The notes under the pieces are model-generated. The model was given only the letters and a program-made list of their open reading frames with translations. It made no database searches and was not told the origin of the DNA. Source: Candidatus Saccharimonadota bacterium (GTDB taxonomy: Bacteria; Patescibacteriota; Saccharimonadia; Saccharimonadales; AWTP1-31). Taken from it: a stretch of DNA of 49,949 nt. The first letter of the stretch is position 1, and the number at the start of each line of letters is the position of its first letter. Where the stretch lies: the NCBI GenBank assembly GCA_003962975.1, contig RXKC01000009.1, positions 75,578 through 125,526 of the forward strand, written 5' to 3'. Shown one piece after another: positions 47,705 through 49,949 of the stretch. The translations under genes were made by a program, and so were the position numbers.

Positions 47705-49949
47705 AAAGTTACTCAAGCGCACACAAAGGATGCCTTGACGTAAGATACCGATGAAGGACGTAGAAAACTGCGATAAGCTTCGGGGAGCTGTTAATCAAGC
47801 TTTGAACCGAAGATTTCCGAATGGGGAAACCTAGTTAGAGTAATGTCTAATTGCGCCAGCCTGAATATATAGGGCAGGAGAGCGGTAACCGGGGGAACTG
47901 AAACATCTTAGTACCCCGAGGAAGAGAAAGTAAACAACGATTCCGGGAGTAGTGGCGAGCGAAACTGGAATAGCCCAAACCTTTTTCATTTCCATCTGGT
48001 AATTTATTGCCGTTTGGATAAGTTGGTAGACGAATATGAAAACAGGGGTTGTGACACTACAAACATACCATGCAGATGATTTGAGCAATCGAATCCTCTG
48101 TATGGCTAGCATGATCTACCACTGTCATGCCTAAGGTTTAAGAAAATTGCTGAGCGAGCAGAAGGAATTGGAAAGTTCCGCCAGAGACGGTGAAAGCCCG
48201 GTATGCCAAGTTTCAGCAAACCTTAGATTTGTAGGTGTACGTACTTAAGCTTCGGCTTGAGTGTGGACACATATGTCGAGTAGGTCGGGACACGTGAAAC
48301 CCTGACTGAATCTGGGGGGACCACCCTCCAAGGCTAAATATATCTTACGATCGATAGTGAACAAGTACCGTGAGGGAAAGGCGAAAAGAACCCCGGAAGG
48401 GGAGTGAAATAGAACCTGAAATTGTGTGCGTACAAGGAGTCGGAGCCCTTCGGGGTGACGGCGTGCTTTTTGTAGAACGATCCAACGAGTTACTGATATG
48501 TGCGAGCCTAAGTCATTTGACGGAGGCACAGTGAAAGCGAGGCTGAATAGGCCGAAATAGTACATATTAGTAGACCCGAAACCAGGTGACCTAACCATGG
48601 GCAGGCTGAAGCGCAGGTAAAACTGCGTGGAGGGCCGAACCGTAGCACGTTGCAACATGCCCGGATGACCTGTGGTTAGCGGTGAAATGCCAATCGAACC
48701 TGGAGATAGCTGGTTCTCCTCGAAATAGCTTTAGGGCTAGCGTCGTACGGTAACATATGGGGGTAGAGCTCTGTTTCGGACTGGGGGTCGTAAGATTACC
48801 CACCCTTGACAAACTACGAATACCATATGCGGAACTACGGCAGTTAGAACGTGGGGGCTAAGCTCCACGCTCAAAAGGGAAACAGCCCAGATCGCCAGCT
48901 AAGGTCCCTAAATATACGCTCAGTGGGAAACGAGGTGAGATTTCTCGAACAACTAGGATGTTGGCTTAGAAGCAGCCATTCATTTAAAGAGTGCGTAACA
49001 GCTCACTAGTCAAGAGATCTTGCGCGGAAAATGTAACGGGGCTAAGCGTATTACCGAAGCTGCGAGCTCGATTTATCGAGCGGTAGAGGAGCGTTGATAT
49101 CTGCGTTGAAGTCGAACTGCGAGGTTCGGTGGAGCGTTATCAAGTGAGAATGTTGGAATGAGTAACCATAAGGCAAGTGAGAATCTTGCCCGCCGAAAGA
49201 GCGAGGTTTCCTGGGCCACGATAATCGTCCCAGGGTTAGTCGGTCCTAAGCCGAGGCGCGTAGCGTAGGCGATGGACAACGGGTTAATATTCCCGTACTA
49301 GCTTTGTATTGTATGGAGTGCGCATCATGTTAGTAGGAGCGGGTTCATGGTTATATCCGTCTAAGCAGTGTAACAACTGCGAATGAAAGGACCTTTTGGT
49401 CTGATTCCTGCGAGAGTGGTGACTAGAAAAGCTTCCATGCTTATGTACAAGGTTATCCGTACCGCAAACCGACACAGGTGCTCAGGTCGAGAAGACCAAG
49501 GCGTACGAGTGAATCTTCGTTAAGGAACTCGGCAATACAGCGACCGTAACTTCGGGATAAGGTCTGCCCCGTCACTCTGTCTATGACAGCGTGACTGCCA
49601 GTTTTCTTTTCAGGAAACAAACAGAACTGAATGTAAGTTTTTAACTTCTTACAGACAGCCTGTATAAACGAGTAAAATTGAGAATATTTCCTTCTATGTG
49701 AAATAGAAAAAGAAAGCTAGCCCAGTCTAATAGCGCTATCGTGGTAGATAGTGTGACGGGGCCGCAGCTAAGGAACCCATGGAACTGTTTACCAAAAACA
49801 CAGGTCTCTGCTAACACGAAAGTGGATGTATAGGGGCTGACTCCTGCCCAGTGCTGGAAGGTTAAGGGGATTGCTTCACGGCATGAACTGAAGCCCCAGT
49901 GAACGGCGGCGGTAACTATAACCGTCCTAAGGTAGCGAAATTCCTTGTC
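47705..49949 (+). rRNA. rrl: 23S ribosomal RNA, 5' ~2.2 kb (truncated by the window end), with helix expansions
   Basis: GGATGCC...CGATGAAGGACGT, TTTCCGAATGGGGAAACC, GGGGGACCACCCTCCAAGGCTAAATA, GTACCGTGAGGGAAAGG, AAAAACACAG..., GGTAGCGAAATTCCTTGTC at the window end (about E. coli position 1940). That makes it about 300 nt longer than expected. Confidence 0.95.

Overview
49.9-kb chromosomal window from a small-genome, monoderm-type bacterium. The 16S rRNA gene carries hallmarks I recognise from Candidatus Saccharibacteria/TM7: AAACATAAAGGAATTGACGG (A911/U912 in E. coli numbering), GCCGCGGTCATACG at the 530 loop, and CTGGGTGTAAAGAGTTGC near position 580. I therefore read it as a Saccharibacteria-like CPR genome. 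Layout: (1) 0.3-9.2 kb holds a type IV pilus locus, pilB-pilT-pilC-pilin-pilD plus four prepilin-like genes. (2) 9.2-28.9 kb holds housekeeping genes (Xer-type recombinase, ndk, PPIase, GT2 glycan synthase, nrdR, thrS, two HAD paralogs, an alkyltransferase-like protein, miaA, rpmB, M50 protease, ASCH-RNase H fusion, RNase P RNA, infC-rpmI-rplT, comM) and six tRNAs. (3) 28.9-30.3 kb is an unusual 1.35-kb AT-rich stretch with no ORF of 60 aa or more on either strand. (4) 30.3-36.5 kb is an envelope module with an orphan membrane-anchored TraD/VirD4-like ATPase and an LPXTG/PKD surface-protein operon. (5) gyrB-gyrA follow. (6) The 16S rRNA gene looks like a self-contained unit, with its own promoter, processing stem and terminator. 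It lies 4.7 kb from the 23S gene, and the gap holds opposite-strand tRNA-Ala/tRNA-Ile, one small protein and three secreted Asn/Ser/Gly-rich proteins, two of which share one repeat motif. The 23S gene is cut by the window end and carries at least one ~195-nt AT-rich helix expansion. All eight tRNAs encode their CCA ends. I saw no CRISPR array, transposase, phage genes or classical defence genes. The most novel-looking items are the repeat-protein trio inside the split rRNA locus, the orphan coupling-type ATPase module, the ORF-free region, and several promoter-plus-terminator-bounded leaders or sRNA candidates (thrS, nrdR, comM), including two hairpins with an identical 10-nt loop. All coordinates of RNA ends, promoters and terminators are hand-derived and approximate to a few nt.
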